Assembly: GCA_964347825.1 (NCBI GenBank)
Contig: CAYFZQ010000003.1
Coordinates: 1 to 50,284, forward strand
DNA from: an uncultured Candidatus Bathyarchaeia archaeon
GTDB taxonomy: Archaea > Thermoproteota > Bathyarchaeia > Bathyarchaeales > Bathyarchaeaceae
Length of the DNA stretch: 50,284 bases
Direction of reading: 5' to 3'
Shown: one piece after another, positions 28,236 through 36,864 of the stretch
Position numbering within the stretch: the first letter of the stretch is position 1
Layout: every line of letters starts with the position of its first letter
The notes under the pieces: model-generated
What the model saw: only the letters and a program-made list of their open reading frames with translations
Database searches by the model: none
Told to the model about the DNA's origin: nothing
Position numbers and translations under genes: made by a program

Positions 28236-28483
28236 TCTATTTCCTCTAACTCGAAGCTATAGTCATCTTTCGTTGGGTTTGCCAGCAGCCGTCTACACAT
28301 CTCCTCTGCTACGCCTCTAGCTTCTCTCTGTGAAGACGCTTCGAAGATTATGGAGTAGATTTTCCCGACGCCAACGCTTTTGACTGGGTAGTTCAGCTCC
28401 TTGAGAGAACGCCAAGTCATTTCGCCTTCAGGATCAGAATGCCCGGGTTTCAGTTTAACCTCGATCTTCGCGTGGAACCTCAT
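28232..28483 (-). CDS. purS: Phosphoribosylformylglycinamidine synthase subunit PurS
   Basis: 83 aa reading KLKPGHSDPEGEMTWRSLKELNY...ANPTKDDYSFELEE. It overlaps the purL start. Confidence 0.85.
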   Translation of the reverse strand: MRFHAKIEVKLKPGHSDPEGEMTWRSLKELNYPVKSVGVGKIYSIIFEASSQREARGVAEEMCRRLLANPTKDDYSFELEEIE

Positions 28484-28497
28484 GGGTTATAGTCAAA

Positions 28498-28513
28498 CAA
28501 ATAAAAATTTAAG
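28498..28513 (-). promoter_or_regulatory. TATA-like element (minus strand CTTAAATTTTTATTT) for purS-purL-purQ
   Basis: Centred about 23 nt upstream of the purS ATG, in the 208-bp gap that splits the minus-strand purine arm. Confidence 0.35.
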
Positions 28514-28691
28514 TGTTTTTGGACCGATTTTGACACTTTTCATTAACCTCGACAGGGTGAGGCTTCATTGTTACCAGTTAGGTTGTTCATGGAAATCTCT
28601 GTGTCGTGAGGCCCATACGCGATTTTCAAGCCGAAAAACGAATGCTGCAGTTGCCGAGACTAGCCGGACCTGGCAAGGCAACTCATGCTGA

Positions 28692-29087
28692 TCATCCACT
28701 GGCCCAAGTCAAGACCATAACAACGACGAGTGCGATTCCAATTATTGTCGACGATGATTCATGGTTTGACCGGAGTGCAAACGGATGGTCTTGGGTGAAC
28801 TCGGCAACAATCAAGCAGATCCCAGTACCAGCGAAAAACAGGAACGCGCTATGAACCCTCAGTAGCATTTTCAGTATAATCAACGACAGCATACCCCAAT
28901 GATAATGCTCAAAAACCTCCAGTCGCTTCTCATACTTATTACCCCCGAGTCGCCACCACAAAAAATCGAGGATCAAACCTGCTAAGAGACCTATGCAAAG
29001 CCCAATCAGAAGGGAGCCCAGTTCAAGATTGCTTCCGAAGGCTTCAACCATGCAAATGAGATTGGGCCAGCGGGTATAAGAATTCAT
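28692..29087 (-). CDS. Small integral membrane protein (about 4 TM helices), unknown function
   Basis: 131 aa with four hydrophobic segments (LGSLLIGLCIGLLAGLILDFLWW, WGMLSLIILKMLL, FLFFAGTGICLIVAEF, IIGIALVVVMVLTW). Its ATG overlaps the purM TGA (ATGA at 29084..29087). Confidence 0.6.
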   Translation of the reverse strand: MNSYTRWPNLICMVEAFGSNLELGSLLIGLCIGLLAGLILDFLWWRLGGNKYEKRLEVFEHYHWGMLSLIILKMLLRVHSAFLFFAGTGICLIVAEFTQDHPFALRSNHESSSTIIGIALVVVMVLTWASG

Positions 29088-30172
29088 TTCAGCGCTATCT
29101 TTTTGCCTTTGTACAAGGCCACGATGTGTCCAGAGTCAGTTACTCGTCCAATGCGTTCAGCGTCAACCGCCGTTTTCTTGAAACTCTCAACGACGCCATT
29201 TTCCTCGGTCTTCTCCACGATGACTGCAAAACCCCAGCCCAAGTTGAAAGTCTTCAACATCTCCTCATCTGTAATGTCACCTCTAACCTCTGAAGACGTC
29301 TTCTGAATCAGGTTGAAAATGGGTTGCGGTGCGAAGTTGTCGAACTCGAATCCGATTCCTTTGGAGAACTCCATCAGCTTATCGAACTTCAGGTAGCCGT
29401 CACCAGTAATGTGGACCACGCCCTTGAATCGATAATCCTCGGCCACGGTCAGCAGCGGCCTAGCATAGATTCTCGTTGGTTCGAGAACCTCAGTGACGAG
29501 GTCTCTGTCAAAGCCATCGGGGATATCATTCGGATTGTATTTTCCGCCCCATCGTTTGAACAGGACTTTTCTTGCCAAGGATAGACCGTTGCTGTGAATG
29601 CCGGAACTTCTCAAGCCAATTACGACGTCTCCGGGTTTTATGTTGTTTCCATATACTATTTCGTCTTCTGTCAATTCGCCTATGCAGGCGACCACCATGT
29701 CGAAGCCCTTGTCTTCTGTTATTCCTTTGATGATCTCGGCTACGTCTCCTATTTCTCCGCTTGGGACTGGACAGCCGGCTTCAGTGGCTCCTTTCGCGAT
29801 GCCTTTCATCCACGCCTCGACCAAGAGAGGACTGGAGACCTGGGCATGTATGTTGTCAACGACGGCTAGTGGGGTAGCCCCAGATCGTATCACGTCGTTT
29901 ACGGCCATGGCAACTCCGTCTACGCCGATGGTGTCGTACTTGTCCGCGAGTTGGGCCACGAGAACCTTGGTTCCGACGCCTTCGATCACTAGGTCGAGAT
30001 ATCGGTCGCCTATTGGAAAGATGTTGCCGTACGGAAGGTGGACTACCTTGCCGTATTTGCTGAGCCTGTAGGTTTGCTTGAGAGCTGATAACGCTGCTTT
30101 GGATTTCGCCCTTAGTTCTCGGTCAACACCAGCTCTGGCATAGGAGAACTCTTCGGGCACCCACTTCACCAT
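29084..30172 (-). CDS. purM: Phosphoribosylformylglycinamidine cyclo-ligase (AIR synthetase)
   Basis: PurM fold with DGVGTK-like EGVGTKV, and SGIHSNGLSL. 362 aa. Confidence 0.9.
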   Translation of the reverse strand: MVKWVPEEFSYARAGVDRELRAKSKAALSALKQTYRLSKYGKVVHLPYGNIFPIGDRYLDLVIEGVGTKVLVAQLADKYDTIGVDGVAMAVNDVIRSGATPLAVVDNIHAQVSSPLLVEAWMKGIAKGATEAGCPVPSGEIGDVAEIIKGITEDKGFDMVVACIGELTEDEIVYGNNIKPGDVVIGLRSSGIHSNGLSLARKVLFKRWGGKYNPNDIPDGFDRDLVTEVLEPTRIYARPLLTVAEDYRFKGVVHITGDGYLKFDKLMEFSKGIGFEFDNFAPQPIFNLIQKTSSEVRGDITDEEMLKTFNLGWGFAVIVEKTEENGVVESFKKTAVDAERIGRVTDSGHIVALYKGKKIALK

Positions 30173-30177
30173 GGTTT

Positions 30178-31611
30178 CTATGTAACGATGTCACCGAGTC
30201 GTTTCTCTCTAGACGCTCTCTTCATCTCGAGAGCTATTCTGTCCCCCATGCTCATGATCTTTCTATATTTGGCATTCGCATACTGGGAACCGATTCCCAT
30301 GTGGACATTGGTTCCGCCACCATGTCTCAGAGCCACGTCTTGGGTAACGGGAATGTGCATGTAGGCTTCTTTTCCCTCTGGCACATCGTACAGACCATAG
30401 TCAACAGCAGTCTTTGCTTCGGCGCCTCCGGTGAAGTCCACTTTGATTTTTGGTTTTAGTTCATATTTTGATATTCTGTCCCACGTGACTAGCGTCTGCA
30501 GGCACCAAGCGCCCACAATGCCAGGGGGTTCATGTTCTCGCGTGGCGAGCAGGAACCGGTCAGCATATCGGTGCATGTCTTTGAGCAACGATTCTCTCAG
30601 GCTCATGAGAACATGAGCTGTGACTTCAAATGATGGGACCCGTCTGATCTTCTCTTGAATGTCTATCGGCAGTCTCTTCACGCCGTCGAGGATCGTCTCC
30701 CTTCGTTCATCGATAGACAGGAACTGGTTTGCCAAGCAGACTCGTGTCTGTTCCCGGCTGACGCGGTACAATTTGGAGTACCAGTCTTCGGCATCTCCCC
30801 ACGCACTATTGGCATCCAAGGGGGAGAAGAAGAAGTTGAAGTTTGCGTGTGGACCCAGAACGATTTGCTCAGCCCGTGCTCTTTCCAGACTTTCTTTGGT
30901 GAGGGTTCCTGCTTCCATTTCTTTCTCCACCTTTTCTTCTAGGTCTTGGGAGTTGGCTGCGAAGATGAATTCTCTTTCGAATTCTCTGTGGGCGTGTTCG
31001 GCCTTCACCAGAAGTGGTTCATCGATCGGTTCTTTGAATTGTATGCCTTTGTCAGAGACTGTGTACTCGTAGGATTTGGGATAAGGGATGCCAGCTTGAT
31101 CAGCGAACCAGTAGTAGTCCTTCTCAATCTCTCCGCGGTTCTCGATCTTCAGGAGTTTTCTCGAGCCAACGATGGGAACGGCGAATTTCTTTTCGATGAC
31201 GCTGCAAGTCTCGTCTCCGCCGACGTAAACGGAGAAGGCTCTGTTAGTGATTTGCAGGCACTCCAGGTTGATCAGATCGTCTACGTACTTCACAATGTCG
31301 GAGTATTTGTCGAGGATCAGCAGGACGCTTTTCCATTCATCTTTCTTTTTGATGTCGCTTGGATCACCTACAACTTTCAGATCTCTTCTAACGAGTTTCG
31401 GTAGGTCCTCTACGGTTTCGTCTGCCCTGCCAACCATGGGGTTTTGCAGGTAAATTCTCGCCCGTTGTGGGGTGACGTAGATGATGCTTCGCAAACCATA
31501 GTCTCGTTGGCCCTGCCAAGCGTCGAGTGCTGAATGGGAGCCTAAGTTGAGGCCAATTGGTTCCTGATATCTCTTGGCGATTTCCTGCATTTCGCTTCTT
31601 TCTATAACCAT
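30178..31611 (-). CDS. purP: 5-formaminoimidazole-4-carboxamide ribotide (FAICAR) synthetase, formate/ATP-dependent, enlarged form
   Basis: N-terminal LGSHSALD... and a C-terminal ATP-grasp region ending RHGGGTNVHMG are PurP-like. ATG 31611 (MVIERSEMQEI) is chosen because the track start (31764) overlaps purC out of frame. Confidence 0.75.
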   Translation of the reverse strand: MVIERSEMQEIAKRYQEPIGLNLGSHSALDAWQGQRDYGLRSIIYVTPQRARIYLQNPMVGRADETVEDLPKLVRRDLKVVGDPSDIKKKDEWKSVLLILDKYSDIVKYVDDLINLECLQITNRAFSVYVGGDETCSVIEKKFAVPIVGSRKLLKIENRGEIEKDYYWFADQAGIPYPKSYEYTVSDKGIQFKEPIDEPLLVKAEHAHREFEREFIFAANSQDLEEKVEKEMEAGTLTKESLERARAEQIVLGPHANFNFFFSPLDANSAWGDAEDWYSKLYRVSREQTRVCLANQFLSIDERRETILDGVKRLPIDIQEKIRRVPSFEVTAHVLMSLRESLLKDMHRYADRFLLATREHEPPGIVGAWCLQTLVTWDRISKYELKPKIKVDFTGGAEAKTAVDYGLYDVPEGKEAYMHIPVTQDVALRHGGGTNVHMGIGSQYANAKYRKIMSMGDRIALEMKRASREKRLGDIVT

Positions 31612-31658
31612 TGATATTTCTCCATTCAAATGGAGCTTCTTAGAGGTCTGACCTTCTA

Positions 31659-32501
31659 CTAAAATTTTCTGCCCGTTAATCTTTCGTATGCTTCGACGTA
31701 TTTTCTTGAGGTTTCTCTGATTATGGGATCGGGTAAGTTGGGGGCAGGAGGTGCTTTGTTCCATTTCAGGGAGTTCAGATAATCTCTAACGTATTGTTTG
31801 TCAAAGCTGTCTTGGTTCTTTCCTACGTCATATTTTTCTGCTGGCCAAAACCGTGACGAGTCGGGGGTGAAGAGTTCATCAATGAGCATGAGTTCCCCGT
31901 TTAATAGACCGAATTCGAACTTTGTGTCGGCGACAATGATGCCGTTGGCTTCAGCCTTCTTGGAGACGCGCTCATAGAGCTTCAAGCATGTTTGATCGAT
32001 TTTTTGCGCCGCTTTCTTTCCGATTTTTTCGGAAACCTCGCTTTTGGTCATCTCGATATCGTGACCGGACTCAGCTTTGGTGGTGGGTGTTAGAAGTGGT
32101 TCCCGCAGTCTCTCTGCCTTTTCTAGTCCGCTTGGCAGCTTGATTCCGCAGACGGGCTTGCCATGGCTATATTTTTCCCAAGCAGAGCCATATAGGTAGC
32201 CTCGGACAACGAACTCGATCTTTATCGAGTCGGCTTTTCTGACTAGAACGGTTCTTTGGTCAAGGACGTCCAAGATATGATTGGGAATGATGTCTTTGGT
32301 TTGGTTGAACCAGTAGACTGAGAGTCTGCTAAGTGCTTCTCCCTTGTGAGGAATACCATCAGGTAGGACGACGTCAAAGGCGGAGATTCGGTCCGTGGAG
32401 ACTATCAATAGTCGGTCTTTCAAATCATAGACGTCTCTCACCTTTCCTTTCTTGAACATGGGAAAGGGTAGTCCAGTTTCGAGCAGAACATCAGAACTCA
32501 T
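31659..32501 (-). CDS. purC: Phosphoribosylaminoimidazole-succinocarboxamide synthase
   Basis: GKVRDVYD, STDRISAFD and ADTKFEFG motifs. 280 aa. Confidence 0.95.
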   Translation of the reverse strand: MSSDVLLETGLPFPMFKKGKVRDVYDLKDRLLIVSTDRISAFDVVLPDGIPHKGEALSRLSVYWFNQTKDIIPNHILDVLDQRTVLVRKADSIKIEFVVRGYLYGSAWEKYSHGKPVCGIKLPSGLEKAERLREPLLTPTTKAESGHDIEMTKSEVSEKIGKKAAQKIDQTCLKLYERVSKKAEANGIIVADTKFEFGLLNGELMLIDELFTPDSSRFWPAEKYDVGKNQDSFDKQYVRDYLNSLKWNKAPPAPNLPDPIIRETSRKYVEAYERLTGRKF

Positions 32502-32507
32502 TTTGCC

Positions 32508-33020
32508 TTACCTTTTGTCCTTCGGCCTTATAGATTTCTCTAACTCTTCGGCATCTGCGTAAACATTTCTTTTCATTCTCTCTCTAAGGCGGGCAATTTT
32601 ATCATGCAGAGAATGGTCTGAGAGCGCAAGCATCCTTACCGCTGCTAAAGCGGCGTTCTCAGGCATAGGAATGTAGGCGACTGCGATGCCTTTCGGCATG
32701 ACAGCGGATGAAAACGTCTTGGCCCATTCGTATTTCTCCGAATCTGGAGGACAAGCTATGACCGGATACTTTGTGTAGCCCGCAACTACCCCTGAAAGCG
32801 CATCCGACAAGCCCGCCACCGTTATGAAGATTGTGTTCTCCTCCGTCGCCTCGTATTCCTGCAAGTTGTCTAGCAGTTTTCTGGGAGTTCTATGTGCCGA
32901 GACAATCTTGTATTCGCAGGGAACTGGAAAACCTGCTTCTTCAAGGAAGGCGCCGATTCGTGAAGCGAAGGCGTAATCGCTCTTGGAGCCCATTAGAACA
33001 ACGATTTTCTCTTTAGGCAT
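32508..33020 (-). CDS. purE: PurE (AIR carboxylase / N5-CAIR mutase family)
   Basis: VVLMGSKSD...VSAHRTP...AGLSDALSGVVA. 170 aa. No purK lies nearby. Confidence 0.9.
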   Translation of the reverse strand: MPKEKIVVLMGSKSDYAFASRIGAFLEEAGFPVPCEYKIVSAHRTPRKLLDNLQEYEATEENTIFITVAGLSDALSGVVAGYTKYPVIACPPDSEKYEWAKTFSSAVMPKGIAVAYIPMPENAALAAVRMLALSDHSLHDKIARLRERMKRNVYADAEELEKSIRPKDKR

Positions 33021-33093
33021 AGTTAAGGATGCAAGGAGAGAGGATTTAAGTCTTGACTGGGCGTTTGCAGGATCTGATACGAATAGCTTAGGC

Positions 33094-34422
33094 TCACAGA
33101 TCTTTGTATCTATTGAGTTCCCAGTCCGTAACGCTGCTCTGGAATTCGTCCCACTCTGTCGCCTTGATCTCCAAGTATTTGCCGAAGACGTGTTCCCCTA
33201 AGGCCTCTTTCATGAACTTGCTTTTTCTGAACTCTTCGATGGCTTCCCCCAAGCTCGGCGGCAGGGTCTTCATGTAGAACTTGGCAAGTTTCTTGTCGTC
33301 GAAGCCGTATACATCCTCTTCCACTGGAGCTGGTGGTTCGATCTTTTTCTCAATTCCGTCGAGGCCTGCGGCAAGCATTACGGCAAAGGCTAGATACGGA
33401 TTGCAGCTTGGATCGGGACACCTTAGCTCGAGTCTGGTTGATTTCTCTCGTCCTTCGCTGTATCTGGGAACTCTGATGAGGGCGGACCGGTTTCTCTGGC
33501 CCCAGCAAATGTATACTGGCGCTTCGAATCCACGGCGAAGGCGCTTGTAGCTGTTCACCGTAGGACATAGAACGGCTGCCATCTCTCGGATGTGTTTAAG
33601 CTGACCGCCCATGAAGTGGTAGGCGACTGGGGACAGCCTGTACTTGTCCTTTTCATCATAGAAGACGTTGTCGCCCTGTTTGTCAACCAAGGATTGGTGG
33701 ACGTGCATTCCGCTTCCATTGACGCCGAAGATAGGTTTGGGCATGAACGTTGCGTTTAGCCCCTTGCTATGAGCCACCGTTTTTATGGCTTGCTTGAGGA
33801 TCATTACATTGTCCGCGGTTTCCAGTGCTCCCGCGTATTCGATGTCTATCTCGTGTTGGCTCGGGGCGCATTCGTGGTGGCTCATCTCAACGTTTATTCC
33901 CAGTTTCTCGAGGGTCGATACCATGACGGCGCGTATGTCGGTTGCGAAGTCTCGAGGAGAGAAGTCGAAGTAGCCCGCGGTGTCGTGGTAGGTTCGGGTC
34001 TCCTTGGATCTGAAGAGAAAGAACTCGGTCTCTGGTCCCACGTAGTAGGAGTACCCTTTTTCCCCGGCCTTTCGCTGGAGCCGTCTTAGAACGTACCGGG
34101 GGTCACCGATAAAAGGGGTCTTGCCGGGTTCATGAACATCGCAGATCATCCTTGCGACGTTCTTCTCGTCCCTTGGCCAAGGAAGAAGGACGTACGTTGA
34201 GAAGTCGGGAACCAGTAGCATGTCGCTTTCATGTATCCTAGTGAAACCCTCAATCGAGGAGCCGTCGAACCATTTTCCGTTATCGAGGCAATCCCTCAAC
34301 TCTCGCGGGGAAACGGTCACACTCTTTAGCTGGCCTGACAAGTCGGAGAACATCAAATCGAGGAATTCAACTTTGTCACGCTTCACCTTTTCAATGATCT
34401 TCTCTTTATCCATAGAAACCAC
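33094..34422 (-). CDS. glnA: Glutamine synthetase, type I
   Basis: 442 aa with FDGSS, GPE.EFFLF, HHE and NGSGMH.HQS motifs. Confidence 0.95.
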   Translation of the reverse strand: MVSMDKEKIIEKVKRDKVEFLDLMFSDLSGQLKSVTVSPRELRDCLDNGKWFDGSSIEGFTRIHESDMLLVPDFSTYVLLPWPRDEKNVARMICDVHEPGKTPFIGDPRYVLRRLQRKAGEKGYSYYVGPETEFFLFRSKETRTYHDTAGYFDFSPRDFATDIRAVMVSTLEKLGINVEMSHHECAPSQHEIDIEYAGALETADNVMILKQAIKTVAHSKGLNATFMPKPIFGVNGSGMHVHQSLVDKQGDNVFYDEKDKYRLSPVAYHFMGGQLKHIREMAAVLCPTVNSYKRLRRGFEAPVYICWGQRNRSALIRVPRYSEGREKSTRLELRCPDPSCNPYLAFAVMLAAGLDGIEKKIEPPAPVEEDVYGFDDKKLAKFYMKTLPPSLGEAIEEFRKSKFMKEALGEHVFGKYLEIKATEWDEFQSSVTDWELNRYKDL

Positions 34423-34532
34423 AACTCTACGCAGAATACGCCACTTAACTCTTTTATGGTCTCAGACTCTCGACTTAAGATTTTCTCACACCAAAATACC
34501 GTACTCTCACGACAAGCCAGCACTGAATGCAG

Positions 34533-34607
34533 TGGACCGGGCGGGATTTGAACCCGCGGCCTCCTGAGTGCAAGTCAGGCATTCATTCCAGACTGAACTA
34601 CCGGCCC
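34533..34607 (-). tRNA. tRNA-Ala(UGC)
   Basis: The reverse strand reads GGGCCGG-TA-GTTC...GAAT-G-CCTGA-CTTGCAC-TCAGG...GCGGG-TTCAAAT-CCCGC-CCGGTCC-A. It carries the G3:U70 Ala identity pair and discriminator A. CCA is not encoded. Confidence 0.9.
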
Positions 34608-34697
34608 GATGGCATTGATGATAATGGAAGAAGAACTAAACTCTTTCGATAGCGAGTCTACTTGGTTGGAAAGAATTGTGACTTGCGATTAGCCATC

Positions 34698-35159
34698 TCA
34701 AGCCACGTAGTAGTCAATGACCTTTTTCATTCTCTTCGGCCGAGGCGGCGGCCCGAGCTCAGAGATCTTCTTCAGTATTTTCACGATTTGTGGTTGAAAA
34801 CGTACAAGATCTGTAAAGGTCACGAGTCCAACTAGCTTCGGTCCTTTTATGACAGGCAGCTTTTTGATGTTCATTCTAAACATAAATTTTGTGACGTCCT
34901 CCACATCCATATCGGGTTCTGCAGTCCTTAGAGGGGCTGACATGATTTGACGGATCCTGACCTTCTCAGGGTTCTTTGACTTGGCTAGGATCCTCTTCAA
35001 AAAGTCCCTTTCTGTAACGATCCCTACAGGTTTGTCTTTCATGGTTACGACTAGGCACCCTATTTCGTGCTTGTTCATGAGGTTTACTGCATCTCTTGCG
35101 TTCTTGCTGGCGTCTATGGTTACCACCTTGTCAACCATGACATCTTCAACTTTCAGCAT
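34698..35159 (-). CDS. CBS-domain pair protein
   Basis: 153 aa with two CBS repeats (VMVDKVVTI...IGCLVVTMKDKPVGIVTERD and IMSAPLRTA...KLPVIKGPKLVGLVTFTDL). Confidence 0.8.
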   Translation of the reverse strand: MLKVEDVMVDKVVTIDASKNARDAVNLMNKHEIGCLVVTMKDKPVGIVTERDFLKRILAKSKNPEKVRIRQIMSAPLRTAEPDMDVEDVTKFMFRMNIKKLPVIKGPKLVGLVTFTDLVRFQPQIVKILKKISELGPPPRPKRMKKVIDYYVA

Positions 35160-35780
35160 CGTAGATACCTCAGACTAAGCTGCTTCTTTGGGGATTTTAG
35201 GATTATGGATTTCAGATAATTCCTGCAAATAACGGTCCAAGAAATATTTCTAGAATCTACGGTGTCGCTAGCTTAGCTAAGTCGCTTCACCCAACGCGCC
35301 CTCTTTTTATACGTGTACAGCTGAGAAGAAAGCAATCTCTCTTTCTAGCGACCTCGAGGTCCTAGAAAAGACTACGCGTCAATTGCCCGATTCTGAGACT
35401 GCACGATGGTGATGCCTATAAGAGGACTCTAGAGAACTTTCACCTTGCCCCGCAGCCAACGAAAGCTTTGACTCACTTAAATAAGCAACATGAGACCACT
35501 TGGATAGACTCTAATGATGTTACGCTATGGCGTTAAAATTGTCAATACCCACGTTTGCAGGTGTTAAGGAGTATGCCCAATTTTTTGCATAAGCGCTTTA
35601 TGCATTTCCACCATATGGGTTGAGTGCCCAAGTTGGGAAGCACGCTTGAGCAGGCTGACAAAGCCGAGTTGGCTTCTTGACTGTTGGTTGCAGTTCGCTC
35701 TATGAGATCGCATCAAATGGAATGAGTTGCGGCTGATGGCTGAGCGGCCGATCAGGTAGCGTTGGTGTGCTAAGGCTTAG

Positions 35781-35806
35781 GCCCGATTTGGGCTTTTTCA
35801 TTTTTT
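35781..35806 (+). terminator. Hairpin plus oligo-T (GCCC-GATTT-GGGC TTTTT CA TTTTTT) closing an unannotated plus-strand transcript
   Basis: The T-runs are on the plus strand only. The convergent DUF5615 gene would read them as A-runs. Confidence 0.3.
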
Positions 35807-36087
35807 CACTGTTTTGCGTGGGGGTATTTTTCTCTGATTCTGGCATCGGCCATTTTCGCGATCATTTTCATACTAATCAGAACGTATGGGACACCTTTGA
35901 GATCAGCGAGGTCTGCCGGTTTCTGGTCTTGAGTCACGACTACTAGGTTGTTGTTCTCAGCGTATTCGATGACTTTCCTGTCTTTTGCCCCCTTCAACCC
36001 TGCATCTTGGAGGGTTATCACATCCCAGCCGAGAGTCTCGAAGTATTCTTTGAGTCCGGTGTACATCTCGTCGAGAAGCAGTTTCAA
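35806..36087 (-). CDS. DUF5615 / Mut7-C-type PIN-like domain protein (toxin-like), no cognate partner adjacent
   Basis: 93 aa reading MKLLLDEMYTGLKEYFETLGWDVITL...DRKVIEYAENNNLVVVTQDQ, which matches the N-terminal PIN-like half of Mut7-C/DUF5615 proteins. TTG start. Confidence 0.6.
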   Translation of the reverse strand: MKLLLDEMYTGLKEYFETLGWDVITLQDAGLKGAKDRKVIEYAENNNLVVVTQDQKPADLADLKGVPYVLISMKMIAKMADARIREKYPHAKQ

Positions 36088-36219
36088 GGTGTGTTCACAT
36101 CTGGCTACCTTCGATTCTGGATGTTTCGTGTATTTAAGAGAAGTGCCTAGTTTCTGAACAGCTATTGTGGTGTGAGTGCTGGGCTGGGCGATCGATTCAG
36201 ACCAAAAGGTTTATATCCT

Positions 36220-36262
36220 CGTAAACGGTTTACGTAAACTGGTTACGCGTAAATGATTTACG
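36220..36262. promoter_or_regulatory. Operator array: three abutting 15-bp palindromes, consensus CGTAAA-NNN-TTTACG
   Basis: CGTAAAC-G-GTTTACG (36220..36234, perfect), CGTAAAC-T-GGTTACG (36233..36247, one mismatch) and CGTAAA-TGA-TTTACG (36248..36262, perfect). They sit between a TATA-like TTTATAT (36210..36216) and the GAGGAGG Shine-Dalgarno/TTG start of the RHH gene. Confidence 0.65.
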
Positions 36263-36273
36263 CATAGAGGAGG

Positions 36274-36864
36274 TTGAAAAGACTGCATCAGAACGAAGGA
36301 AAAGAATGGAAAGAATGGTATAAGGAATCACTACGCGAGTGGAAAGAAAGATACCGAAGCGCTCTCCAAGAATGGAGAGACAAGTATCGTGAGTGGAAGA
36401 CTAAAGCTAAGTCCGAAGAGGCGTTTCCGCATCTACCGCCCATGCCACCTATTCCGCCACTGCACTCTATCTCGTCCAGCCGAACCAACGTTGTGGCCTC
36501 ACGCATAGGCACGGAGCAGCTTCAGGTTATCGACATGTTGATTGAGGCCGGGGTCTTTGGCACGCGATCCGAAGCCGTGGCCTATCTTGTAAACGAGGGA
36601 ATGAAAGCGCGACAAGACATTCTCGACAAGGTCTCTTCAGCGCTCAAAGAGATCCGAGGGATACGAAAGAAGGCGGAAGAGCAGGTGAGGAGATTGAAAG
36701 AAGACATCGGCGTCGCAGAGCCACATGTTGAAGAGACAGAAGCAGAGAGCGAAGAACCCAAGGAACGGAAAACGATGTGCTTTGCGTGTGGCAAAAAGCT
36801 GTCCAATCTGCCTGAAGATATCTCAGTGTGTCCGTATTGTGGAACTGAGATTGAGGAGGATTAA
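36274..36864 (+). CDS. Ribbon-helix-helix (CopG/Arc-like) DNA-binding protein with an N-terminal Trp-rich repeat and a C-terminal zinc ribbon
   Basis: TNVVASRIGTEQLQVIDMLIEAGVFGTRSEAVAYLVNEG is a beta-strand/helix/helix RHH. The N-terminus has EWKEWYKESLREWKERYRSALQEWRDKYREWK. A proline linker PHLPPMPPIPP follows. The C-terminus is C-FA-C...C-PY-C. TTG start with a strong Shine-Dalgarno element. Confidence 0.7.
   Translation: MKRLHQNEGKEWKEWYKESLREWKERYRSALQEWRDKYREWKTKAKSEEAFPHLPPMPPIPPLHSISSSRTNVVASRIGTEQLQVIDMLIEAGVFGTRSEAVAYLVNEGMKARQDILDKVSSALKEIRGIRKKAEEQVRRLKEDIGVAEPHVEETEAESEEPKERKTMCFACGKKLSNLPEDISVCPYCGTEIEED

Noticed and set aside
30178-31764. 528-aa version of purP
   Set aside because: The N-terminal 51 residues overlap the 3' end of purC in another frame and are basic junk. 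ATG 31611 is used instead.
34220-34567. 115-aa plus-strand ORF
   Set aside because: It is antisense to the 5' end of glnA and runs into the tRNA-Ala gene. It is an artefact.
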